DNA of 64,000 nt from Bacteroidetes bacterium GWF2_33_16 (GCA_001768565.1 MEOE01000014.1:146267-210266), one strand, 5' to 3'; shown: positions 20,319-30,034, numbered from the stretch's first letter. The notes: generated by a model from the letters alone, not told the origin. Numbers and translations: made by a program.

Positions 20319-22241
20319 ATGTATTTACATAAACCCGGACATATTTCGTATGATATTTTATCGGATATGATTTATAATTCGGGTTTAGTTATTATAAAGT
20401 TTTCTCCATTAGGGGAAATCCTATACTCCAACAATTATTTCGAGTTTATTTTTGGATTTAAACAGGACGAAATAATTGGGAGGAATATTGCAGAAATTCT
20501 TTTTAATCAAAAGAATAACAAACTTATGAGTCAGCAAAATGTAGCTGAAAGTATTTTAAGTAATCCCATTTATCATCAGTTAGAGAATGAGCATCTTACT
20601 AAAAATGGAGGATTGTTGTGGTTTTCCTGGCAAATAAGGCCTTTTTACCATCCAACAAGTAATCTTCATATGGGTTTTTATTGTGTTGGTCAGGAAATTA
20701 CTCATCGAAAAATAATCGAAAGCAGGCTTGTAGCAAGTGAAAAGAAACTTAATGACTTTTTAAACCTTTTACCAGAACTTGTTTTTGAAATAGATGCAAG
20801 CCTACAGATTACATTTATTAACCAAAGTTGTATTGATTTTATTGGGTACAGTAAAGATGAGGTTTTACAAAATAAAGTTCAATTAAAGGATATAATTATT
20901 CCTGAGGATTTTGTGAGGTTAAAAAGTTTACTCTTTATCAATTTTAATGTTACCAGAGATACTGGAAATACATTTGGAATAATCCATAAAAATGGCAGTT
21001 TAATAAAGGTGCAATTGCATAATAATCCTATTTATGATGGAAATAAAATAGTTGGTTTACGATGCATTGCTATAAATATTACCGAGAAGGACAGGTATGA
21101 AAAAAGATTGCTTGAACAAGAGGAAAAATTCAGACTTATTTATGAAAATTCGCCTGTTCCTTATCAGTCATTAAATGAATATGGTGAAATTGTTGAAATA
21201 AATCCTTCCTGGCTTAAAGCATTGGGCTATAATAGAAAGGAAGTTGTAGGAGCTCATTTTTCTGAATTTTTACCAGATGACCAAAAATATCTTTTTGCAC
21301 AACGATTTGAAGTTTTTAAGGAAAATGGCGAAGTAAAAGATGTTCAATTTACACTTAATTGTAAAGATAAATCAAAGCTAATCGTTAACTATAATGGAAA
21401 GATTGAAAGGAGCAAATCAGGCGAATTTATTCGTTCTCACTGTGTTTTTAATGATATTACTCTTCAATTAAAAGCAGAGAATACCTTAATACAATCAGAG
21501 CATAGATTACGTGAATTAAATGCCACAAAAGACAAGTTCTTTTCTATTATAGCACATGATTTAAAGAATCCGTTTAACGATATTATTGGGTTTTCATATT
21601 TACTTTCGACAAATATTTATAAGTACGATTTGCAAAAGGTTGAACAATTTGCAAATATTATTCATCAAAGCTCCAGATTGGCCTTTAATTTGCTTGAAAA
21701 CCTTCTTGATTGGTCAAGGTCACAGACTGGGAACTTAAAATTTAGTCCAGAACGTTTTTTTATTAATGATTTGGTCTTAGAAAATCTCGAATTGGTCGAG
21801 TCGACTGCAGAAAATAAAAGCATTAAACTTTTTAATGAGGTTGATAACTCTACATATGTTTTTGCAGATAAAAATATGATTCGAACAGTTTTGCGAAATC
21901 TGATTTCAAATGCATTAAAATTTACTAATCAGGGAGGATTTGTTCGAATTACCAGTTCAATCAATAGAAATTTTGCTACCCTTAATGTTATTGATAATGG
22001 AATAGGTTTAAACTATGAAGATCAGAAAAAGATTTTTCGAATTGATACAAATATTACCAGACAAGGAACAGAAAAAGAAAGGGGAACCGGACTGGGCTTA
22101 ATTCTTTGTAAAGAATTTATTGAAAGAAATGGAGGTAAAATTGATTTTGAAAGTCAACCTGACAAAGGAAGTCGTTATTTTTTTACGCTTCCTGTTGCCA
22201 GAGATGATAATAGTTCTTCTGATATTGATAATATACCCTAA
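20319..22241 (+). CDS. Cytoplasmic multi-PAS sensor histidine kinase
   Basis: Three PAS-like segments, an H-box FFSIIAHDLKNP, an N-box LISNALKFT and a G-box GTGLGL. There is no TM segment and no adjacent response regulator. Confidence 0.85.
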   Translation: MYLHKPGHISYDILSDMIYNSGLVIIKFSPLGEILYSNNYFEFIFGFKQDEIIGRNIAEILFNQKNNKLMSQQNVAESILSNPIYHQLENEHLTKNGGLLWFSWQIRPFYHPTSNLHMGFYCVGQEITHRKIIESRLVASEKKLNDFLNLLPELVFEIDASLQITFINQSCIDFIGYSKDEVLQNKVQLKDIIIPEDFVRLKSLLFINFNVTRDTGNTFGIIHKNGSLIKVQLHNNPIYDGNKIVGLRCIAINITEKDRYEKRLLEQEEKFRLIYENSPVPYQSLNEYGEIVEINPSWLKALGYNRKEVVGAHFSEFLPDDQKYLFAQRFEVFKENGEVKDVQFTLNCKDKSKLIVNYNGKIERSKSGEFIRSHCVFNDITLQLKAENTLIQSEHRLRELNATKDKFFSIIAHDLKNPFNDIIGFSYLLSTNIYKYDLQKVEQFANIIHQSSRLAFNLLENLLDWSRSQTGNLKFSPERFFINDLVLENLELVESTAENKSIKLFNEVDNSTYVFADKNMIRTVLRNLISNALKFTNQGGFVRITSSINRNFATLNVIDNGIGLNYEDQKKIFRIDTNITRQGTEKERGTGLGLILCKEFIERNGGKIDFESQPDKGSRYFFTLPVARDDNSSSDIDNIP

Positions 22242-22255
22242 AAACTAAAAATATT

Positions 22256-23317
22256 CTAGAATTTTACCTTATTTAAAGCAAGTGCATTTAACATCCAATT
22301 TGGTAATGGTTTTTTAGGATCACGATTTTTAAGATTAAGATACCATCCATATTTTTTCATTATTGGCACCTTGTGAGTTTCAACAAACTCAATTAATGTT
22401 CCATCAGGATCTTCTATGTATGAGAAATGACCAGCAGCTTCGCCCATATCAAAGCTATTATCTTTGTTATGTTTCACCGAACTGTCAATAGTAAAAGAAA
22501 ACCCTTTCGATTCACAGTCTTTTTTAAGTAATTCCATACCACTTATATCGAAACACACATGAATAAATCCTAAATCGCCCCAAAAGCGGTTCTCAAATAT
22601 TTTTTTAGGTTCACGATCCAAAACCTGAACTAGCTCAATATAGCTTCGGCCTAATAATCGACTAAAACTCCCAACAGGTTCTGTATCTGTTTTTAGCAAT
22701 ACTCGTCGGTATTTATTATTTCCTCCAGGTAAATCCTTGAAGTCTTCAAAAATTTCGGTCTTATCAGAAACGATTGTGTTATAACCCAAAATGTCGCTAT
22801 AAACTTTAATTGCTTTCTCTATATTGGAAACTCCAATTATAGCTCCTGCAATTGCTCCAGTTAGTTTGTTTGTTTTTTTGAACCAATTACCGTCATTTAT
22901 TACCTGAAAGATATTTCCATATAGATCTTTAACAAAGAAATGATCGTTATAAAAATCACCTAGTACATTTAAATTTCTTGCTATAAAAGTATCATAAGCT
23001 TTTCGTGCATCAGGGCTTTTTATTTTTGCAATATTTATTCCCAAATCGCCGATTTGAACCTCGAAAACAGGAGCCTGAGGTTTTCTTTCAGAATACTGCC
23101 ATATTTCAAAACCACCACCACCAGAAATATTCATAGCCAATGCTGCATGTCTTCTCTGAGGTTTCCCACCTGTATAGGGCAACATTAATTCAGCTACTGT
23201 ATTATCTTCAAAAATCCGGATATCCATTCCAAAATTTTCTTTGTACCATTTCCATGCTTCATAAACATTTGGAACACCAATCCCAATTTGTTGTATTCCA
23301 CTAATTATTTTTTCCAT
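22256..23317 (-). CDS. VOC (glyoxalase/dioxygenase) superfamily protein, tandem-domain
   Basis: Repeated beta-alpha-beta-beta-beta modules (GIQQIGIGVPNV..., AIIGVSNIEKAIKVY...) typical of VOC proteins. Confidence 0.65.
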   Translation of the reverse strand: MEKIISGIQQIGIGVPNVYEAWKWYKENFGMDIRIFEDNTVAELMLPYTGGKPQRRHAALAMNISGGGGFEIWQYSERKPQAPVFEVQIGDLGINIAKIKSPDARKAYDTFIARNLNVLGDFYNDHFFVKDLYGNIFQVINDGNWFKKTNKLTGAIAGAIIGVSNIEKAIKVYSDILGYNTIVSDKTEIFEDFKDLPGGNNKYRRVLLKTDTEPVGSFSRLLGRSYIELVQVLDREPKKIFENRFWGDLGFIHVCFDISGMELLKKDCESKGFSFTIDSSVKHNKDNSFDMGEAAGHFSYIEDPDGTLIEFVETHKVPIMKKYGWYLNLKNRDPKKPLPNWMLNALALNKVKF

Positions 23318-23338
23318 TATTATAATTGTATTTTTAAA

Positions 23339-24133
23339 CTATGTAGGGTTAATTTTTCGGGCTAATTTATAAAATAATCTTGGGAGAAATTTATGAATAT
23401 AGACCATAAGTAGCTCTGTTGAGCCAATAAGAACCTCTTTTTTATCTTTTTCGATAGCCCTAAGATATTGTTTTGCACACTTTTCAGAAGTTATCCCAGT
23501 ATTTTGTCCCTCGTCCATTTTACCGTGAGGAGTTCCATCTTTTGTTAAAGCATGCAAGGAGATATTTGTTTGTACTCTTCCTGGAAATGCAATTAAAACC
23601 TTTATATTGTTCAGATAAACCTCCGAACGTAATGTCTCAAAAAACCCGTGCTGGGCATGTTTTGCAGCTGAATAGGCCGATCTTAGTGGAAATCCAAACT
23701 TGCCTGATATACTGCTTGTAACAGCTATATAACCTGAGTTCTGTTTAATCATATAAGGTAAAACTGCTTTGGTAAGCAAAACAGAACCAAAATAATTAAT
23801 TTCCATAATCTTGCGGTCTATTTCAATTGGTGTTTCAATAACTAATGACCGTTGACTAATACCTGCATTATTTATTAAAACATCTATCCTGCCATATTTC
23901 TGAATTATTTCTTGTAAGGCTTGATCTATTTTTTCAACATTAGTAACATCCAGAAACAGAACATAGCATTCTGCATTTATTTTGTCGCAATTAGCCTTAA
24001 CTTTTTGTAATTCATCAAGCTGATTTGAAGAAATAATAATTATTGCATGTTGTTTTGCCAGCTCATAAACTAAAGCCTCTCCAATTCCGGAAGAGGCTCC
24101 TGTAATCCATACTACCTTATTTTTATAAAACAT
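23339..24133 (-). CDS. Short-chain dehydrogenase/reductase (SDR)
   Basis: TGASSGIG cofactor motif, NNAG motif and YSAAK catalytic motif. Confidence 0.9.
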   Translation of the reverse strand: MFYKNKVVWITGASSGIGEALVYELAKQHAIIIISSNQLDELQKVKANCDKINAECYVLFLDVTNVEKIDQALQEIIQKYGRIDVLINNAGISQRSLVIETPIEIDRKIMEINYFGSVLLTKAVLPYMIKQNSGYIAVTSSISGKFGFPLRSAYSAAKHAQHGFFETLRSEVYLNNIKVLIAFPGRVQTNISLHALTKDGTPHGKMDEGQNTGITSEKCAKQYLRAIEKDKKEVLIGSTELLMVYIHKFLPRLFYKLARKINPT

Positions 24134-24153
24134 AAGAAATACAATCTTTCGTT

Positions 24154-24561
24154 TTAGCGTTTAACCATTATAAAATTAAATGGGAAAGCAATCATTTCAG
24201 AAAAATCTTCGCCAACTTCTTTCATATCTTCATCACCGTCTTCGAAATACCAATTGATTTTGATTTTGATCCCATTATCATGACAATTTTTAACAATTAC
24301 AAGAATATCGGAGATGAATTTTGCTGAGGCCGAATTAAAATACTCAAGTTTGAAGTTGAAGTTAAATATTGACTCATCTTCTTTGTGATTAGCTTTATAA
24401 ATTATACTATCAAAGTACTCTTTCAAATTATCGATTAATGGGTAGAAAAAATCACGTACATTTTCAGGCCGTGAATTACCTTCCATTTCGAAAAGGTACT
24501 TCTTAGGATCAAAAGTAACTCTTGGTGATTTTTCTGTAGCAGCAATATTAATATGTTTCAT
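24154..24561 (-). CDS. DUF1987 / SiaC-like regulatory protein
   Basis: The TEKSPRVTFDP...GNSRPENVRDFFYPL...LEYFNSASAKF...INWYFEDGDEDMKEVGEDF pattern is the DUF1987 signature. Confidence 0.8.
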   Translation of the reverse strand: MKHINIAATEKSPRVTFDPKKYLFEMEGNSRPENVRDFFYPLIDNLKEYFDSIIYKANHKEDESIFNFNFKLEYFNSASAKFISDILVIVKNCHDNGIKIKINWYFEDGDEDMKEVGEDFSEMIAFPFNFIMVKR

Positions 24562-24572
24562 AACAATATTGA

Positions 24573-25088
24573 TTATTTTTTTAAGGTTAATTGCATCGCA
24601 AAATAGAAAAACTTATCGTTAATTTTTTCAAAATCGTATTTAATTTTTTGTCCTGTTGATCTGGCCATAACAATAAGTCCTAGACCTGCACCACCTTTAT
24701 CTGAGATTTCGGCATGCATTAAAGCTCTTTTATATAATTTGTTAATCTCATTCTGATCATGAGAATTGATTTTGTTTATTTTATTGGTAATTTTTTCCTT
24801 ATTTTTTTCAAATATTACATTACCAGTATGAATCATATAATCCTCACCAATTTTTTCTATAATAAAACGAGGAGGGAACTCAACAAACATATCCTGATGA
24901 AATTCTAAATTATCGGCATGCTTATATATATTATCCAAACATTCAACAGCAAGAGTATAAAGTCGTTTTCTTGTTACAATATCGAGTTGCTTATCTTGTA
25001 TATAGTTTTTAAGTCTAAGTAATATAGAATCAATAACAGCGAGATCAATATTTCCTTTATGGTTAATAATAACATCGTAACTCTTCAT
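24573..25088 (-). CDS. SiaB-like (DUF6272) ATP-binding protein kinase of the anti-sigma/HATPase-like fold
   Basis: The C-terminal KGGAGLGLIVMARSTG G-box and overall pattern match SiaB-family proteins that precede DUF1987 genes. The first ATG is at 25088; the ORF-track start is a TTG. Confidence 0.7.
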   Translation of the reverse strand: MKSYDVIINHKGNIDLAVIDSILLRLKNYIQDKQLDIVTRKRLYTLAVECLDNIYKHADNLEFHQDMFVEFPPRFIIEKIGEDYMIHTGNVIFEKNKEKITNKINKINSHDQNEINKLYKRALMHAEISDKGGAGLGLIVMARSTGQKIKYDFEKINDKFFYFAMQLTLKK

Positions 25089-25319
25089 ATCAGATCTCAA
25101 CGTGTTAATGATATAATAGTTTAAAATTTGAATACACAATTCCTTTTATAAAATTAGTGTTATTTACCAAAAAACAAAAATATACTAAAATAATTCTATT
25201 CTTTTAATTGCATATATTTGTATATGAGTATATTGAATATTGCTTTAAATAATGATTGTTATTTAATTTTGATTTGTACTTAAAGGGTTTTAACTTTAAT
25301 TTACTAATACGAGTGAATC

Positions 25320-25359
25320 TTAACATAAATTTAACATACGTTTAATATTAGCTTAATGT
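25320..25359 (+). promoter_or_regulatory. Four 11-bp-phased direct repeats resembling PhoP/PhoB boxes
   Basis: TTAACAT at 25320, TTAACAT at 25331, TTAATAT at 25342 and TTAATGT at 25353. They lie upstream of the PiT gene and its putative -7 box. Confidence 0.5.
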
Positions 25360-25388
25360 AAGCCTGCTAAAAAGTGGCATATATACTG

Positions 25389-25396
25389 TAATTTTG
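25389..25396 (+). promoter_or_regulatory. Putative Bacteroidetes sigma-A -7 promoter element
   Basis: TAATTTTG matches the TAnnTTTG consensus. It ends 22 nt before the ATG at 25419. Confidence 0.45.
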
Positions 25397-25418
25397 CATC
25401 ATTCTAAAACTATAAAAG

Positions 25419-27677
25419 ATGGAAAATTTTTATATTATTATCGTAGTAATACTATTTGCACTCGCAGTTTCAGATTTAATTGTTGGAGTTGCAAACGATG
25501 CTGTTAACTTTCTTAATTCATCCATTGGATCGAAGGCAGCACCAAAATATATAATCTTCATTATTGCCAGTTTGGGTATTATAATTGGAACAACATTTTC
25601 AGGCGGGATGATGGAGGTTGCCCAAAAAGGTATATTTTATCCGGGTGAGTTTGCATTTTCTGAGATCATGATTATTTTCCTAGCTGTAATGCTTACTGAT
25701 GTTATTTTGCTTGATTTGTTTAATACTATCGGTTTGCCAACATCTACAACCGTTTCGATTGTATTTGAGCTGCTTGGAGCAGCTGTTGCTGTTGCGGTAG
25801 TAAAAATATCAGGTTCAGATGCTAGTTATTCTGAATTAGCAAATTATATTAATTCTGCAAATGCGTTGGCTATTATTTCTGGGATTTTACTATCAGTTAT
25901 TATTGCATTTACTTTTGGTGCTATAGTTCAATATTTAGCTCGTTTAGTATTTACTTTTAATTTTGAAAAGACATTTAAATATTATGGTGCTTTGTGGGGA
26001 GGGATTTCCATTACTGCAATAACATATTTTATTTTGATTAAAGGCGCTAAAGGTTCATCTTTTATTACTGCTGATTCAGCTGAATGGATAAAAAATAATT
26101 CAACACTTATTGTTTTGTATAGTTTTATTTTTTGGACTATTCTACTTCAGCTTTTATTCTGGATTACAAGACTAAATATTTTAAAAGTAATTGTATTGGT
26201 TGGAACCTTTGCTTTGGCATTAGCATTTGCAGGTAACGATCTGGTAAATTTTATTGGTGTTCCGGTTGCTGGATTTAAGTCTTTTCAGGCATTTATTGCA
26301 GAACCGGGAGCAAATCCCGATGGTTTCTTAATGACAGCTCTGAATTCCAAGATTAAGACCGATACATACATGCTTCTAATAGCCGGTGTTATAATGGTTG
26401 CAACCTTGTGGTTTTCAAAGAAAGCAAAGAAGGTTACTGAAACAGAAGTTAATTTAAGTAGACAATCTACAGGTAGCGAGCGTTTTGGATCAAGTATGTT
26501 GTCTCGATCGATTGTAAGAGTTGCAATGGACATAAGCCGTTTCTTTGATAATATACTTCCTAGGACTATTAAGAAAGGATTAAAAAAGCGTTTTGATTCT
26601 ACAGATTATCAGCGTAAAATTAGAAATCAAAAAGATGCACCTTCTTTTGATATGGTTAGAGCTTCAGTAAACCTTACAGTTGCCAGTGCTCTTATTGCTT
26701 TAGGTACCTCACTAAAATTGCCTCTTTCTACAACCTATGTTACTTTTATGGTAGCAATGGGTAGTTCATTAGCAGATAATGCCTGGGGGCGCGAAAGTGC
26801 TGTTTATAGAGTAACAGGCGTTATTACTGTAATTGGTGGATGGTTTTTTACCGCATTTATGGCTTTTACAGTTTCTCTTATAATAGCACTTTTAATTAGC
26901 TATGGTGGATTAATAGCAATTATTGGTTTTATTTTGCTTGCAATGTTTATTGTAATTAGGACGCACATTTTCTTTAAAAAGAAAGAAGCTGCAACAGCTA
27001 AAATTAAAAAGCTTGATTCTGAGGAACTAGAAGTAGCAAGTATTCATAAAAAATGTTCGTTGGAAGTGCGAAATATGTTAAAATCAGTTATTAAAGTGTT
27101 TAATGATACCATAGTTGGTTTAACGCATGAAGACCGAAAATTGCTAAAGAATGTTTGTAAACAAGTTGATGAATTAAATATTGATTCAAAGAACCTTAAA
27201 GCTAATGTGCATAATACACTGCTTAAATTAAAAATGAGTGAAGAAGAGGCTGAGTCAGGACCTTATTATGTTCAGGTAATTGATTATTTACGAGAAATGG
27301 CTCATGCATTATCATTTATTTCAAATCCGAGTTTTGAACATATTGATAATAATCATAAAGGTTTAACGAATGAGCAAGTTGCCGAACTTGACGATTTGAA
27401 AATTGATATAACAGTTTTATTTAATATTATTATTGAAACAATCGAGAAAAATAAATTCGAGAATATTGCAGATATAATAGAAAAACAACAAGTTATATTG
27501 AATAAGCTTACTGTTTGTCGTAAAAAACAAGTAAAACGCATTAAGAATAATGAATCGGGTACACGAATAAGTATTTTGTATTTAGGAATTTTAAATGAAA
27601 TAAAGAATTTCTTATTGCAATCCATCAATCTAGTAAAAGCACAACGCGATTTTAATGATTTACAGGATTCAATATAA
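25419..27677 (+). CDS. Inorganic phosphate transporter (PiT/PHO4 family) with long C-terminal helical, PhoU-like extension
   Basis: Two PiT signature repeats (GVANDAVNFLNSSIGS and AGNDLVNFIGVPVAG) and ~12 TM helices. The last ~210 aa are soluble and helical. Confidence 0.85.
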   Translation: MENFYIIIVVILFALAVSDLIVGVANDAVNFLNSSIGSKAAPKYIIFIIASLGIIIGTTFSGGMMEVAQKGIFYPGEFAFSEIMIIFLAVMLTDVILLDLFNTIGLPTSTTVSIVFELLGAAVAVAVVKISGSDASYSELANYINSANALAIISGILLSVIIAFTFGAIVQYLARLVFTFNFEKTFKYYGALWGGISITAITYFILIKGAKGSSFITADSAEWIKNNSTLIVLYSFIFWTILLQLLFWITRLNILKVIVLVGTFALALAFAGNDLVNFIGVPVAGFKSFQAFIAEPGANPDGFLMTALNSKIKTDTYMLLIAGVIMVATLWFSKKAKKVTETEVNLSRQSTGSERFGSSMLSRSIVRVAMDISRFFDNILPRTIKKGLKKRFDSTDYQRKIRNQKDAPSFDMVRASVNLTVASALIALGTSLKLPLSTTYVTFMVAMGSSLADNAWGRESAVYRVTGVITVIGGWFFTAFMAFTVSLIIALLISYGGLIAIIGFILLAMFIVIRTHIFFKKKEAATAKIKKLDSEELEVASIHKKCSLEVRNMLKSVIKVFNDTIVGLTHEDRKLLKNVCKQVDELNIDSKNLKANVHNTLLKLKMSEEEAESGPYYVQVIDYLREMAHALSFISNPSFEHIDNNHKGLTNEQVAELDDLKIDITVLFNIIIETIEKNKFENIADIIEKQQVILNKLTVCRKKQVKRIKNNESGTRISILYLGILNEIKNFLLQSINLVKAQRDFNDLQDSI

Positions 27678-27698
27678 ACAAAGTAGGAATATAGTCAT

Positions 27699-27732
27699 AA
27701 TAATAAAACCCGCAATAGCGGGTTTTATTATT
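27699..27732. terminator. Bidirectional intrinsic terminator
   Basis: AATAATAAAACCCGC / GCGGGTTTTATTATT stem with a 4-nt loop. It overlaps the stop codon of the convergent regulator gene. Confidence 0.75.
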
Positions 27733-28426
27733 ATTCGACATATTTATAACCAACACCTTTTGTAGTTTTAATATGATCGTCGCCTATTTTTTCTCGAAGT
27801 TTTCTTATATGTACATCTATTGTTCTGTCTCCAACAATAATACTATCACCCCAAACAGATGAATATATTTCATCGCGAGTAAATACTTTATCTGGCTTTG
27901 ATAGGAGTAAAGCTAATAGTTCGAATTCTTTTTTAGGTAAATCAAGTTCAATTCCATCATTTATTACCACATATCTTTCTCTATCTATAAACAAACCAGT
28001 TTTCTCCATTACTTTACTATTAGGTTCGGTCAATTCATCTGGTTTAAACCGTTTTAATAAAGCTTTTATCCTACTAATTAGTACTTTGGGTTTAATAGGC
28101 TTGGTAATATAATCATCAGCACCAGCCTCAAAACCAGCTATTTGAGAATAATCTTCGCTGCGGGCAGTTAAAAATGCAATAATCACATTCTTTAGAGAAT
28201 CGTCATTTCTAATTACATCGCAGGTTTCAACACCATCCATTTCGGGCATCATAACATCAAGAATAATCAGATGTGGTTTTATCTTTCGTGCAATTTCAAT
28301 TGCTTCTCTTCCATTTTGTGCTGTATGAACCTCAAAACCTTCTTTCTCGATATTATAACTTAAAAACTCAAGAATATCTGGTTCGTCATCAACAAGAAGA
28401 ATTCTATACTTATTGTTTTCCATCAT
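27731..28426 (-). CDS. OmpR/PhoB-family response regulator (receiver + winged helix)
   Basis: RILLVDDEPDI...DVMMPEMDG...KP receiver domain and a C-terminal trans_reg_C domain (LTRDEIYSSVWG...IDVHIRKLREK...GVGYK). The start is at the ATG at 28426 or 28423; the ORF-track start is a TTG. Confidence 0.9.
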   Translation of the reverse strand: MMENNKYRILLVDDEPDILEFLSYNIEKEGFEVHTAQNGREAIEIARKIKPHLIILDVMMPEMDGVETCDVIRNDDSLKNVIIAFLTARSEDYSQIAGFEAGADDYITKPIKPKVLISRIKALLKRFKPDELTEPNSKVMEKTGLFIDRERYVVINDGIELDLPKKEFELLALLLSKPDKVFTRDEIYSSVWGDSIIVGDRTIDVHIRKLREKIGDDHIKTTKGVGYKYVE

Positions 28427-28501
28427 ATAAACTTTGAAATACAAACTAACTAATTTGATTTTATTTATTTCTTAAATGCATATTATCAAATCATTAAAAT
28501 C

Positions 28502-30034
28502 TTACTGATGCTCTGGACGTAATAAATCATTTATAGTTTTAACAGGATTAAAAGTAGAAATTGGTACTTCTACAAAAATTGTATTCCAGTGCGCCATTGC
28601 GCCGTTCCATAAACCTGGTAATTCCTGGGCTTTAAGGATTTTTCCATCTTTTGTTTTTTTGGAAATAAATCCTGTTTCATGATCACGATACTTTAATAAG
28701 TCGAATTTTACATCTTTATAATTTATAGCAGAAATTACCAAATCAACCGGATTAAAATGAGTTGCAGTTTTTGAAATTTGTTGTTGTTTGCTATCGTTTG
28801 GATCAAGCTGCGATGATTCAATAATCTGCAAATCGATATGACTATCTTTATGTTTAACCCAAAATGGACCTCCTCCTGGTTCACCTTCATTTTTAACCAT
28901 CCCGCATACGCGAATAGGTCTGTTTAAAATATGTTTTAAATAATTTTTTTGCAGATCAATGGTATATTCCTCAATATCATCAGAAGGAATAAAACATAAC
29001 TCATTTTTAATAAAATTTGCAATTTCTTTAATATCAGAAGTATTTAGATTACCTTCATCTATTTGGAAAAGATAATTATGGATTCTCATCTTATATTTAA
29101 TAAGGACTCCAGCAAGAGCTTTTTTATAATTTATGGTATCATTCTTAAGATTATCTGGAACAATGTTGTCAATATTTTTAATAAAAATTATATCATCTTT
29201 AAGATCATTTAGGTTTTCGATTAAGGCCCCATGACCACCCGGACGAAATAATAAACTTCCATCATCATTTCTAAAAAGCTCATTGTTTTCATTTACAGCT
29301 ACCATATCTGTTGATGATTTCTGCTGCGAGAATGTAATCTCGAAAGTTACATTATACTTTTTTTCATATTTGCTTTTTACCTTATTAGCATGTTCGTTAA
29401 AAAGATCAATATGTTCGGGTAAAATCGTAAAATGTATTCGTACCTTGTCTTTTGATGATTTTGCATATAAAGCACCTTCAACTAAATGTTCTTCAAAAGA
29501 TGTTCTTATCTCTTCTTCAGTTTTGTGAAACGATATTATTCCTTTTGGTTTTTCACTATAATTTAATCCGTCTTTTAGAAGTAAGAAATGTATAATAGCC
29601 TTAAAATGACACTCTTCGATTAATTCTTCCAACGACTGATTTCTGGATTTAATGAAAGACTCTAAATCATTATAAAATGCAAATTTTTTAATATTTTCAA
29701 AAAAAATCTTAACCTCAGGTTGTTCTATCTGATTTATGCTCGAATAATGATCTTCACCTTTCTCAAGAAAATCAAATAAAAAACTAAACATACGTGTGGC
29801 GGCTCCTGATGCAGGAACAAATTTTAATACTTCTGCTGAGAAGTCATCAAAAAGTTTTTTATAATAATCAATATCTTTTTCGGTAAGTTTTAGGATACCA
29901 TCACCAATCTTGGCGGGTTTTTGTACTTTGACATAAGGAAATCCTTTTTTGAAATTCTCGATTTGTCTCTCAAATTCCTGTGGAGCTATTCCTTTTGATT
30001 TAAGTTGCAGTAAATCTTTATGATCGATATGCAT
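28502..30034 (-). CDS. DUF4301-like protein; motif-level resemblance to UDPGP-type nucleotide-sugar pyrophosphorylases
   Basis: The size (~510 aa) and N-terminus fit DUF4301. VPASGAATRMF, FRPGGHGAL and IKNIDNIV resemble the UDPGP motifs LNGGLGTxMG, PPGHGD and NIDNLGA. Confidence 0.55.
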   Translation of the reverse strand: MHIDHKDLLQLKSKGIAPQEFERQIENFKKGFPYVKVQKPAKIGDGILKLTEKDIDYYKKLFDDFSAEVLKFVPASGAATRMFSFLFDFLEKGEDHYSSINQIEQPEVKIFFENIKKFAFYNDLESFIKSRNQSLEELIEECHFKAIIHFLLLKDGLNYSEKPKGIISFHKTEEEIRTSFEEHLVEGALYAKSSKDKVRIHFTILPEHIDLFNEHANKVKSKYEKKYNVTFEITFSQQKSSTDMVAVNENNELFRNDDGSLLFRPGGHGALIENLNDLKDDIIFIKNIDNIVPDNLKNDTINYKKALAGVLIKYKMRIHNYLFQIDEGNLNTSDIKEIANFIKNELCFIPSDDIEEYTIDLQKNYLKHILNRPIRVCGMVKNEGEPGGGPFWVKHKDSHIDLQIIESSQLDPNDSKQQQISKTATHFNPVDLVISAINYKDVKFDLLKYRDHETGFISKKTKDGKILKAQELPGLWNGAMAHWNTIFVEVPISTFNPVKTINDLLRPEHQ

